Positions 14,105 through 26,320 of a stretch of DNA of 32,649 nt are shown here, piece after piece. Position 1 is the stretch's first letter; each line of letters starts with the position of its first letter. The notes beneath the pieces were generated by a model. That model worked only from the letters and a program-made list of their open reading frames with translations, was not told the DNA's origin and did no database searches. Position numbers and translations under genes: made by a program. The DNA lies in assembly GCA_025786725.1 (NCBI GenBank), contig JAHLTZ010000080.1, positions 1 to 32,649 on the forward strand, written 5' to 3'. This DNA comes from Syncephalis fuscata S228 (lineage: Eukaryota; Fungi; Zoopagomycota).

Positions 14105-16514
14105 GGGCAATTTTGGAAAATACACCGTTTCTCGGTTTTAATTACAGAAATACTCTTTTTTAAATTCTAAAAAACTTTTCCTTTTTTTTTCTTGTTTTAT
14201 AAAATAAATACACCGTTTTTCACTTTTATTTAGAAAAATACATTGTTTTTAAACTTTACCATAACAAATTATTTTTTAAGTTTATTAAATAAATTTAATA
14301 AATAAAATCATTTTTTATTTACCCCACACTTCGTTTTCTTGTAATGGCGTTCACCACAAATTAAACATTCTTTAATAACACGCTTTCTTTTTTTGATAGC
14401 CGTTTCACTAGTAGTTTGTATTTGTTCTTCAATAAAAGTGTTTGTTTCAGCGTTACTAATGCTAGTGTTTACAGAGCATGTTCTTGTATTGTGTCCTTTT
14501 GAGCTACAATTGCGACAAGCATATCGCTGAGAGGCTTCCAAAGCTTCACCACAAGATCTAATTCTTTTAACTTTTGGTCTACCGGCTTTCTTCGTTATTG
14601 TCGGTGGCAAACACGAAATGTCCGCAGTAATTGATTCCATTTCAACCGGACAAATTTCTAGAGCATATACTTTTTTTAGATAATCAATGGTGTAAGATTT
14701 ATCAATAAAATCATCTAATAAGAGCTTAAGATTCTTCAAAAGTATTGCCACATGACTACAAACAAACTTCATCTCTTCCCAGTATCCACATGTGCAGGTT
14801 TTTGCAGTTAAATCTACTGTTCTGACAATACCAGACTTGATATCTTTAACTTGAAATTTGGTATCAGAATAATCGTCAATTATATAATTATTGGCGTCAG
14901 TTAATGGTGATTTATACAACAAATAGCTATTATTAGATAGCAATCCTTGAGCTTGTGAATACTTAATTCTACGCTTATTCAACAAAGTTCCAACTTTGGC
15001 GACAAATCCAGTAAAAAATTGATAATGGGATTTGTTCCGAAGGTCGTTCATCCATGAGTTCAACGACTCTGATGAATTTGAAGTAACGCAATCAAATCTT
15101 GACCATTTAAAAGATGATCTAGCCCAGTTTTTTTGCTGAGTCTATTAGCTTGTTATAAGCTGGCTCATTTAATGACCGTATCACTTTCATTGAATCTAGA
15201 AAATAAATTAGTACTTTGAATGTAATTTAAATAAATATAAATACCATCAAATTCTTTACTAGTTAAAGCTTTCGCAGCTTTCCATATTAAACCATTAAGC
15301 TTTGTTTTAAATTCAGCATTGATGTTTCTTTCGATATGAGCAACACATGCAGAGTGGTGTGCCAAGGGAAATACAGTTTTTATCGAAGACTCTATTCCTT
15401 TATCTCTGTCGCTAATGATGACTTGATCTTTTTCTTTTAATTCAGGTATTGAATCTGATAGATGTTTAAAAAAATAAACCCAGTTGTTTTCATTTTCATG
15501 AGATACTATAGCAACAGCCAAAGGGAAAATATTGTTATTTCCATCTTTAACAACTGCAGTAAGAGCAACACCGCCATAAGAAGATCTTAAATGGCAGCCA
15601 TCAATTACCAGTACTTTACGAGTATACTGGTAAGCTTTAATAGCTGATGAAGGACATAAAAATGCCCTTTCAAAGTTACCAGACTGGTTCTGCGAGAAGT
15701 GCTGAACAGAACCCGGATTAAAATGTTCGAATTTGATAAGGTAATCTTTAATAAATGAAAAAGAATTAATATTGCTGTTAATATCATTCTTTTTCATCGA
15801 ATTAAGGGCGGACCAAGCTTTGTAATAAGAAATATCAACTCCTGTTGAACTATTACAGTTGTTAGTGTATATTAAATAATCAAATATGTACCTACTTTAA
15901 TAGTTTTCTTTGTACATCTTTTGGTTTTACAATTGAGAATGTAGCAACATCATTCGTAATATATTTAGCAATAGACTTAATAGTACCATTACCCGTATTA
16001 TATGGACAGTCATTAAAATGCTCAAGATTGCATTGAACAATCTTTACTAAGCCAGTTTTCTGCTTTCTGGCAGTCAAAACAAACTGACATTTGTTGCTAA
16101 AATGGTCTTCATGAGGGCAAATAAGCTGTAATCTTGTTGAATCACTATTTTTCCTCTTAAAATTGCAACCGTTAACAAGCTTAAACTCGTCAACAGCAAT
16201 CCTCAGTTCTTCAATGCTGTTAAATATAGCTTTTTTAAATAGTTTGGTAGACATTGCGATAGGTTTTTCAAAACGGCGTATCTCGATAAATAAAAGCAAA
16301 GAACAATTTATTTTTATTTATTAAATTTATTATAATAAACTTAAAAAATAATTTATTACAATAAAGTTTAAAACAATGTATTTTTCTAAATAAAAGTGAA
16401 AAGCAGTGTATTTATTTTATAAAACAAGAAAAAAAAAGGAAAATTTTTTTAGAATTTAAAAAAGAGTATTTCTGTAATTAAAACTGCTAAACGGTGTATT
16501 TTTCAAAATTTCCC
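14105..16514 (-). mobile_element. Mutator-like DNA transposon (MULE), 2410 bp, ~203-bp TIRs, 9-bp TSD
   Basis: TIRs at 14105-14307 and 16312-16514 (GGGCAATTTTGGAAAATACACCGTTT.../...AAACGGTGTATTTTTCAAAATTTCCC). Identical TAAAATTTA at 14096-14104 and 16515-16523. Encloses a transposase. Confidence 0.95.
14308..16254 (-). CDS. MULE transposase (DDE domain, SWIM zinc finger, C-terminal CCHC knuckles), 2 introns, one frameshift
   Basis: IDGCHL..YGG...DGNNNIFPLA...E...W..FF, IISDRDKGI, C..H..RN, TSNSSESLNS, CTCGYWEEMKFVCSH, CRNCSSKGHNTRTC. The frame breaks at the T7 run 15128-15134. Confidence 0.9.
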
Positions 16515-17869
16515 TAAAATTTAAATTGTTTGATTAAATTTTACTTTGACTCCTACATTTTGAGTCTCCAAAGCAAAATTTGTTCTAATAAAAGTCATGC
16601 TGCTATGTTATTGCTATTGCCTAAATTACATGATTCAACGAAGTTCATTTCAAGCTTCATTGTACTCTAATTAAGGTTTTTCCCCATCAGGGTTCATTGC
16701 ATTTATGCGCTATTTAATCGCAGACAGTATTACAAATACTTAATACTGCCGGCCAAACATGAAATAAATAGCTTTCTTTACTTCCAATTGCTTTTAGCTT
16801 ACTTTCAGGTTTATACAGTTGAAACTTTTGCTTTAAATTACTGAATAAAGCTATTTATTAATAATGAGAGTTGTTGTTAAGCTACTGAAATTTAATAATT
16901 CTTATTATTTTAAGTAATTAACATTTGACTAAGCCATCTTTATTACTCTTTCTTCTATCTTGGTTGCTTAGCAAACATTACATTACTATACATCTGTTTT
17001 TGTAACAATGTATAATATAGCTATATTATTTCCTATTAAAATGCTGTTAATAAAATAATTTAAATAAATAGTGTAATTTATTATTTGATTTTTTTGAATT
17101 TATTAGCCATTTAGTATGATTTGTAGTTAAAATGACTAAATTTAATAACGCTCAATCTTTGGACATGATGATGGGTGATAAATGACATTAAATATCAAAT
17201 TACAATGCTTTAAATACTTTACAGTAACAATAATATGAATTAACATTTATCTATTATTATCATTTATCTATTTATTATATTTTATTCTAAGTAACATGAA
17301 ATACTATTTTACATTTACTAACACTAATATTGGGTATTGAAAATAGTGCGGACTAAATCAATTTTACCTGAATTAGTCGGAATTGATATAGCATTGCTTC
17401 AACAAATAACGCTTCTTAGTATTAAAAACTGATTAACAGTTATACAAAAAGTTTTATTGCTCTTTTGTCCTATTTTAAACCATGGAATCCAAATTAGAAT
17501 AGATTCAATTGACTAAATAATTAGGGGGTGGCGATAACCAGTAACCAATCATGTATATTAATAACATCCACCTTACTGGACTATTTTGTGTCAACATAGG
17601 CCAAATAAACTTGTTTCATGGTCGCACATTAGCTGTATACATGAGCTTCTATCCAGTTGAGTGGTTTATATTCATAGAAAATGAAAGGCCTAGACTTATT
17701 GTTTCTACCTTATTACATGTGTTCTTTTCGATAAGGCAAAATCGCATTATTGCGTGTATTTAATCCTGCACTAGAGCAACAGAAACTACTTTCTGACATT
17801 TTATTACTTTACTTTGCGCAACATCATTCTTTTTGTCTAGTTCGTCTCGCTAATAGATCATTACTTAGC

Positions 17870-19761
17870 ATGCTATTCTTTTTACTGTTGCTCTGTTTAT
17901 TTTTTAGCTGTATAAATCAGCTACGGCCAGTTCTTGGCTCAGTTAAAGTACAAAACAGTGATGATTCAACAACATTTACCACCTATGACCCTTATCGAAT
18001 CAACCAACAATTCGACGATATAGCTGGTGTAATACTACCCATTTCATTTGATGAGCACGATGATTGCAAAATTAAACAAATGGCACCGAGTATTTCTCCT
18101 AATAATAATATTGATGCTCTTCCTCGTGCCTTCATTGCCATGGTAAACGAAGGTAATGCAATGAAGGCCAAGTGCAGATCTATCAAACACGTAAGTTATT
18201 GAGCAATGTCGAAATACAGAATTGCTAATTTTACATGCAGATTGACTATGCCTTGATGAAGTATGACAAATGGCTGTTGGACCAAGGCCTGCCCTCGATC
18301 AAAACGGCTATCGTAGCTTTGCACTTCCCCAAAAACGATGTATCTGAGACGCTTCAAGGCGCGTTAAATTATCTATTTTTGCCAAACAATTCATTTAGCA
18401 TTCCTATAACAATAGTATCTAATGAAGACTACGAACAGCTCAAGACTACGATTGCCCGCGTAACTGGTGCAGCTACCAGCATAGTTGTTCATGGTAATTA
18501 GTTCTAGTCAATTATATAGCTATTTAACTAATAGCTAATTATCAAGAACGTGGTTCATGGAATACGGTACTATTTCTGGCTGGTATCAGGCATTTCTGTG
18601 GATTGCCTTTATTATTAATGTGTCATTTATTTTACACGCATTATGGCGACTGACAATTGTATGGAAAAGCGGTGTATTCAGGCACGGAATACGTACAGCA
18701 GCCTTTATAATTGCACTGTGCTCTGTTATTCGTAAGCTGACTACTGCCATTACTATTGTTTTCAATTATTAATCAGTTTACTTAGTTGTTCTTGTCAGCG
18801 TTCCCATTTATGGCTCGCCTTATTACGAAATAATTGCTCGTGCTGGATTATTACTTTTTAATGTTGCATTGTACCTTGTTTTAATAATTTGGTAAGCCAC
18901 AATTAACGCTATCCTCCATTTATTAATGATATTAAATCAAAACTGAATGCATTAGGTCCTCGCTAGATTCCAGTATGAATAATAGAAAAAGTACAAAAAC
19001 GGTTAAATTAGGGATCCACGTAGTTTTTGCTATTATTCTATTGGTTCTGCTGTCCAACTGCATACTTCCGTTTATTGCACGATTCAATCGCATGTACGCA
19101 GAAAAGCACCTAACGATTCGTTTGGTAACAAGTGTATTACAAATGGTTTCTGGTCTGTTTTTCTTATATTTTGGTAAGTAAATTAGCCAAAAGCTGAATT
19201 CATACAATAAATAACTAGGAATACTAACATTGTATAACTAGGAATAAAATTCTACATAACATCCAAAACCTGCCTTACTCCATTAAACAGACGTACTTTA
19301 TTACAGGTAAATAATATATCTTTATTTTTCTGTTATTTCATCTAACTAGTATTGCTTTCTTTAATTTATAGTTGAGCCTGATTTCCGTAATTTTATGTAT
19401 AGCTATCATTTTGATCTGTCTTGATCCAATACTTAAATTCTCCAGAAAGGACTTTTCAAACTATTACTCTACCGCAACTATTCGAACCACACTCAACATC
19501 ATAGGACTTACCGGCCAATCGGCAAGCCTTTTGTACATGTTGGGAATACGCATGCCAAGTGACAGCACAACTATACCATTGGGTGTTATGGCATCGCTGA
19601 AAAACATTTTGCCAACTCTTAGACAAAAAATGTCGAAATCTGCACACACCCACAAGCACCAGCTGACTGCGCTAAGCAATGATAACAGTGCCAATGTTAA
19701 ATCAATCAAACATATAACCAGCGAGTCATCCATTGCATCTTATCCCGATAATATGGTATAA
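17870..19761 (+). CDS. Multi-exon membrane protein: signal peptide, extracellular domain, several TM helices, Ser-rich tail
   Basis: Consecutive plus-strand ORF blocks joined by GT-AG introns (e.g. donor at 18191). Hydrophobic N-terminus MLFFLLLLCLFFSC and repeated hydrophobic segments between 18560 and 19550. Confidence 0.7.
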
Positions 19762-20180
19762 GTCAAAATATACCATAATACCACCTGATAATTCCTGCGT
19801 TGCATCTAATTCTCTACTGATTAACACCATGAACAACATCTATATTTATCGCGTGTATACTACTGCTATAATGATGAAAAAACAAGTAAAATAGTCGGGG
19901 TAAAAAGCTAACTTGGCTGCATAACAGGTACTAAATCAGCAATTCCAAAGGCGCTTCATTATACCCGCGTTCTATTGTATAACCGGTTATGTCGTACAGC
20001 AATTTATGCAACAAACAAGGCAGCATTTTGATTTGTATCCTTCGTTATAATAAAATCTTTATTACCCACCCAGTGTATTAAGCAATTATGATTCCTTTTT
20101 CGTGCTATTTCATACATTTCTCCACTCTACTTTACGTCGCTTTTTCAAATATTTCTACTCAGCATTATTTATATTTATTA

Positions 20181-21389
20181 ATGTATTTAACAAACAATTC
20201 AGAGGATACGCTCTGCTTTCCAGTAACATATGGATTTGAATGTGGACCCAGGTCTATAATCCTATACACAACAATAGTTTGTCTTTGTATATCAATAGGC
20301 ACGCTCATTCATTGCACAGCAGTGGCCGTCTATCGGCAACGCCATGGGTTATTCATGTCACTTTTCTACATGGCCGATGGCTATTTTATTCCAAAGCCCA
20401 TGGATATCTTTATTGTAAGCCAAATCATTAGTGAATTGATGCAAATTTTTCAATACACCATTGCTTTGGCCAATTGGCCGCGCAGTATAGTAATCAATTA
20501 CATTATTAACGCTACCTCTGCCGCCATTATACCACTTACTGGATTTTGGGAATTGATTGGGATTGTTTCTCATATCCCACCTGTGTTCGTGTACCAGCCT
20601 TCAGTTACGAGGTCAACCTTTCAGGGTCAATATCGAGAATTAGACGACACGGCAATTATACCATGTGCCAAAATATATAGCATTTTTGTACCATCTATCC
20701 GCACACTTTATTGGCTTAATATATTTTTTAGTATATTGTCAACGGTGCCGACAATCGGTCTGAGCGTCTGGTCTGGATGGGTTCAAGAGAATCATAAAAT
20801 CGACATGGTTTCCAGTTCAGAAACCAGTTATTTAGTCTCCTACGGCCTGGTGAATACAATCTATACCAGTGGCGGCATCTATTACTACTACGGTTTTTAT
20901 CGCATACTTAAGGCTTGTACAGAGCAGTCATCCGATAACCATCGCAATTATGAGGAAAAAAGAGAAATGGCTTCTGGATTCCGTAATATCTTTTTAGCCA
21001 TTATAGTAGCAGGTATTACTGTGTGGTTTTTTACGATAGCTGGCCATTTATTTTCAAAACTTGAACACGAGCATGAATGGTGCCATATAATCTCTATTGT
21101 TATCCAATACGCTATCATTTATCCAACCATTCAGTGGATTATCAGCTATTACGTATTGAAAAACTCAAAAACTCAAGTGAAGCGCCAAAAACACATATCG
21201 TTAAGTGTGGTAGAAAAAGATGCTGCTAATCATATATCAGCCTGTAGAAGTGATATTTACGGTGACTCGTGTAATTTTGGCTCTACACGGGTGTATAGCT
21301 GCTTAGAACAAAACGATGGTTCATTAGTGTGGCATAGCTTTGTAACACATTCTTTACTAGCTTCTGATGATGTTGCAATAACTAGATAA
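20181..21389 (+). CDS. Intronless ~7-TM membrane protein (GPCR-like topology)
   Basis: 433-aa ORF (the ATG at 20088 is also possible) with about seven hydrophobic segments and an N-terminal Cys pair. No recognisable family motif. Confidence 0.7.
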   Translation: MYLTNNSEDTLCFPVTYGFECGPRSIILYTTIVCLCISIGTLIHCTAVAVYRQRHGLFMSLFYMADGYFIPKPMDIFIVSQIISELMQIFQYTIALANWPRSIVINYIINATSAAIIPLTGFWELIGIVSHIPPVFVYQPSVTRSTFQGQYRELDDTAIIPCAKIYSIFVPSIRTLYWLNIFFSILSTVPTIGLSVWSGWVQENHKIDMVSSSETSYLVSYGLVNTIYTSGGIYYYYGFYRILKACTEQSSDNHRNYEEKREMASGFRNIFLAIIVAGITVWFFTIAGHLFSKLEHEHEWCHIISIVIQYAIIYPTIQWIISYYVLKNSKTQVKRQKHISLSVVEKDAANHISACRSDIYGDSCNFGSTRVYSCLEQNDGSLVWHSFVTHSLLASDDVAITR

Positions 21390-22160
21390 AAAATACAGGT
21401 ATTAGTTTGATAGATACTGTGCTGGTAAACACATGTATTTTAATTTAATTAATAAATACCTTCAACGATTTTTAATGATTGTAGTATTATTGTCCCAATA
21501 CTATGGCCATACCCTTATGATAACGTGGCTAAGAAATACACCACGTAATTAAATAATCTTTTAAGATCGCATATAATTGCTGAAATAATAATATATATTG
21601 AATATTAGCACTAATCACTAGTAGCAAGCGACTTTTACAAATACGACCACTAAGTATTTGCTAGTTGTAAACATACAGCAGCTATATGGACTAATATGCT
21701 GCGTTAATAATGAAATAGTACAAGGCATTTGGGCTTTACTATTAGCTATGTTTGTTATAAAATAATGGCTTCATTTAGTTGCAATTTTTAATTAAAAACG
21801 TAACAGTATATACAATAAGTCATTAATATTAATTGAATAAACACTGCAACTTGCCTAATACTAGTGCGATATTTTGCAAATAAACTATGTCCATTATTTC
21901 TTAATATGTTCTATCTATGCAAATGCAATATGCTAGTTAAAATACACGTAGTCTATATGAAATAACCGTCTTTTGTGTTAATGACTCAATAACTATATGT
22001 GCAAGAATGGCTAAAGAAAATATATACCAATGATGCTGAATGATCTGTGATCTGATTTTCAACGTTTTGTCAAGATTTTGAAATGTACATGGATTCTGGC
22101 CAATAAACCTGAATTTATTGCTTCTGAGCCCTTTTAAGGATTGATTTTGTTGCAACATAG

Positions 22161-22878
22161 CCAACACGACATTGATGTAGTTATTGTAGTACATCATAAG
22201 AGCCTTGTGCCGGCGCTACAACTATCTCATAAACTAGGTCTGCCATATCGTGAAGGATTTATCAAGAATCGCTATATAGGACGCACATTTATTATGCCTG
22301 GACAAACAATGCGTCGCAAAAATGTACGCCGTAAATTAAATGTAATGGCTTTGGAATTTGCTGGCAAAAATGTTTTGCTTGTAGATGACTCAATTGTACG
22401 AGGTACAACATCAAGCGAAATTGTTCAAATGGCACGCGATGTTGGAGCAAAGAAAGTGTACTTTGCATCGGCTGCACCAGCCATTAGGTGAGTAAATACA
22501 ATACGAATCGATCGATTGATTAACTAGCCGATTAATTGCTGTTGATGTGTCTACAGACATGCCAATGTATACGGTATTGATATGCCGACTCCACATGAGC
22601 TTGTTGCCTACAATCGGAATGATGCTCAAATCGCTGAAGCCATCGGTGCCGACTATGTTATCTTCCAGGCCTTGCCAGACCTCATATCGGCCTGTAATAA
22701 GTTTAATCCAGCACTGGAGCATTTTGACACATCAGTATTTGATGGAAAGTACGTTACAGGTGACGTATCGACAGAATATTTGCGTATGCTCGATAGCACA
22801 CGCAATGACGAAGAGAAGACGAAACGTGATGCCGATGCGCCAGAGACCATTGGACTGCACAATAATTTTGGCAAATAA
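22161..22878 (+). pseudogene. ADE4: Amidophosphoribosyltransferase C-terminal (PRTase) portion only; 5' part missing or decayed
   Basis: [42 protein letters not shown]|HANVYGIDMP with intron 22488-22556. The upstream motif is decayed ([12 protein letters not shown]) and no glutaminase domain is recognisable upstream. Confidence 0.8.
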
Positions 22879-24285
22879 GCTGTCGACTTGTTTATTCGTT
22901 TAATAAATGGAGTACCCTTGTGAAGTTGATTTATTTGTGTGCTAATGTTTCGTTAAAATAGCTCGATGCAGCTTGATGTACTTGGCAATAGAGTGGTACA
23001 GCTAACTAGATGCTTGAGTGAATGAATAAACAGCAATCTCTCTTTTGGTAATTAAAATAATCCAGCTAAGCGATGGCTATCAAACACACAATTAGTATTT
23101 ATTTACAGAAATATAACATTACGTGCTATTAACATATAAAGTGGCTATTCATGTTAATTTTTACTCAGTTGTATTGGATACAAAACCTACTAAAGGGCAA
23201 AGGTAATATCCGTTAACTTCCTTATTCTATCATGAATTCAAGAGGTTAGGCCTTTTGGATTCAACAGCATTAGAAAGTAAATGCAAGGCCAGGATCAGGT
23301 TAATACGGCTGTATACAGACGTAACACTTGGCCGGATTTCATTGAAGTTGGAAATGGTGTAAACCTGTTAAAGGATATATGGCAGTGTACACCAATTAGA
23401 CATGTCTACTGTTGTTCCATCCATATGCGCCAAGCAGCTTGTACCCCTAATCATTCTATCTTCTCACGCGAACATTATATTTTTAAATTGACAGCTATTA
23501 AATGACAATTTAATAACGCACTGATGCTTACAATATTTAGTGCAGTATTTTAAAATATAGTATTTGCGTGTATGATATCTGTATTAATTCTTCAGATGTA
23601 ATAAAACTAAGGTGGCAGCGATCATATAAAAATAAATAAATAATAATTGGCGGTTGATGTGCAATAGGCCAGTTGAACTATTACATTGTTTCAAAAATGC
23701 CGCTTTATTCACACGAGCAACAATATCTATTGATTGGATACATTCTATTTTGGTGATATTCTACTGCAGACGAGACACTATGTCCTTTGTTGGCCTTTCT
23801 ATTGCTTAGAACAGCAAATACTATTGGTTATAGGCTAAACATTGTGTGCCCCATTTCTGCATAGTTTAAGACCAACCTGTTTTTATTGGGCTTTTGAATA
23901 TCATCCCAATTTATCCATAATAATTTACATGAGTAGATAGATGATGTTTTGTAAATTGATATTCTAGACAGATTTTAATTGGACAAATGGCCTAAATGCT
24001 ACAGACGAACCACTGCTCTGTTATTATGTGTTTGTTTGAAAATAGCACATGCATGTATTTTCATTGGTGTTAGCATATTTGCATCATGCTTCTATAGATA
24101 GAATCTCGACTGCTCGGTTTAAAGGATTGCAAACTAATTTAAATAGCGCGATGTTGAAGCGTAAATCCAACTTCAGTACAACAACAGCTTTATTCCCCAC
24201 TTTCTACATCCTACTTTTCTATACTCCAATACATATTCTTCTATTTGCTTTTAATAGCTTCTACTACCAAATTAGCATCATCACC

Positions 24286-24891
24286 ATGAAGTTCTCTATT
24301 GCTACCGCTTCTGCTTTGGCCGTGCTCTTCGCAGTTAGCACAACTATGGCGGAAACTAGCTATGCTCCCAAGGGCAATCAATGCATTAAACACACCGATA
24401 ATGGCGGTATTCTTGGCTGCCCTGCCTTCCAACTTCCAAAAGATAAAAAGTGCAAGGTTGTACCTGGTAAATCTGGTGCTGCTTATCCTGATTGCTGTCC
24501 TCGCCCGGTTTGCGATGAACACAAAAAAGAGCCTGAAAGCCCAAAACAATGCATTAAAATCGATAAGAATGGCGGTATTCTTGGCTGCCCTGCCTTCCAA
24601 CTTCCAAAAGATAAAAAGTGCAAGATTGTACCTGGTAAAACCGATGCTGCTTATCCTGATTGCTGTCCTCGCCCGGTTTGCGATGAACACAAAAAAGAGC
24701 CTGAAACCCCAAAACAATGCATTAAAACCGATAAGAATGGCGGTGTTGTTGGCTGCCCTGCCTTCCAACTCCCAAAAGATAAAAAGTGCAAGGTCGTACC
24801 TGGTAAATCCGATGCTGCTTATCCTGATTGCTGTCCTCGCCCGGTTTGCGATGAACACAAAAAAGAGCCTGAAACCCCAAAGAAATACTAG
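24286..24891 (+). CDS. Secreted Cys-rich protein (201 aa) with three 56-aa tandem repeats
   Basis: Signal peptide MKFSIATASALAVLFAVSTTMA. 168-bp units start at 24379, 24547 and 24715, each with 6 Cys and ending YPDCCPRPVC. Confidence 0.9.
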   Translation: MKFSIATASALAVLFAVSTTMAETSYAPKGNQCIKHTDNGGILGCPAFQLPKDKKCKVVPGKSGAAYPDCCPRPVCDEHKKEPESPKQCIKIDKNGGILGCPAFQLPKDKKCKIVPGKTDAAYPDCCPRPVCDEHKKEPETPKQCIKTDKNGGVVGCPAFQLPKDKKCKVVPGKSDAAYPDCCPRPVCDEHKKEPETPKKY

Positions 24892-26320
24892 AAACCAACT
24901 GAGGCTATTGTCCAATTCACAGCTTCATATAATTAAATAAATGGCTAATGTAAACAGATGTATTGGTTATTATGGTTTTTAGTTTATATACAAAGCTTCA
25001 GTTTATTCTTAGATCTATTTCACTGACTAATATATACCATTATTACGTAAATAATTGGACTGGGTCTGATTTTGCCCACTAATTAACTAATTGTATAGTA
25101 AATAAATACACTGTATTTATCATTAACAGCTAACATATTGCAGCTATTATAGATGTTTACAGTTAGCTATAAATGCAACATGCTAGATTGCAAACTATAG
25201 CAAACATCAAGGCTACACTTATACAATAGTGTTGGGTATCAGAGTGCAAATGTTAAAATATAACTGTTATTAACAACAAATTGTTTATTTTGAATACCAA
25301 ATGATAGCTTTTAAAGATAGCTTTAGTATTTAAGGCTGTGTTGATATACTGCCATTGCTTACAGACTGACTAAATATGCATGCAGTTTAGTACAATTGCC
25401 AATTTTATACCCAGTCTTTTTCTAGCATAAATTGTACATTTTGATAACAGTAATATGCGCGCTAGGAACAAATTATAATAACTAATAAAAGAACAAAAAT
25501 CAAATTGAATATAGTATTATTCCTATTTACAGCTTATCTATTTGGTTCAACCAATGTTTTGCTTACCATATATTTATTAGTTTCTGCTAGCGTATATAAT
25601 ACTTTTGGTTTGTTCAGCGACTTTTTAGTTAGTTACTACATGCAAAAATGTATCAATTAGAACAAATCAATTACAGACGTATTTGCTAAATTGTAACATC
25701 TATTACAGCTATTTAATAAATGTGGTCGTAATCAATATGTAGTATAGAATAGCAATAACATTGCTGCTATTCTTATATTCTAAACAACATCTTGTAAGCG
25801 TGATTATTAACACACTATGTTATTATACAGCTCTGTTAGAATTATACGTGAACAGACAAGAATAATGCATATATCGAATTTCATCATTAATTCCTAACAT
25901 CAAACAACTGTTACAAAGATATGGCGAGTAAACATTTGTTGAATATGAACATATGAACAATTACATAATTGATGTTGCTTTTTAGTAATGTATGAAGAAG
26001 AGCTTTTAAGTTCTATTCAATATTAAAAGCATTGCTGGTCTTTAGTTAGATTGTATTTATATTTAATACTATACAAGCTAGTCTTTTTATTATAATTGGG
26101 CTGTGCTAATTAATAACAAAAAATATAGCAGCAACGCAATATTAACTAAATGAAATAACACATTGTGTTTTGAAAGTTCAAATAATGATTAAAAAACACC
26201 AAAGATTAGTATTATAGAATAGCGTCAGTATAAGGTGTTGCTTAATCGGCTAAGTTACAATTTTTTAATTAGACAGTAACAGTATATTAAAAGTAAAAAA
26301 CGAACATCACAGCTAATTAT

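Noticed and set aside
15121-15140. Programmed -1 frameshift at A AAA AAA in the transposase
   Set aside because: A -1 slip gives ACT GGG, the wrong frame, whereas a +1 shift is needed. Nearby alternative AG acceptors do not restore the frame either.
23160-23510. GC-richer patch, possible gene or TE relic
   Set aside because: The only ORF is 74 aa with no recognisable motif, and the minus-strand frames I read contain stops, so I cannot support a call.
24241-24940. Long antisense (224 aa) and alternative-frame (213 aa) ORFs
   Set aside because: They are shadows of the 168-bp coding repeat, since a stop-free unit is simply repeated three times.
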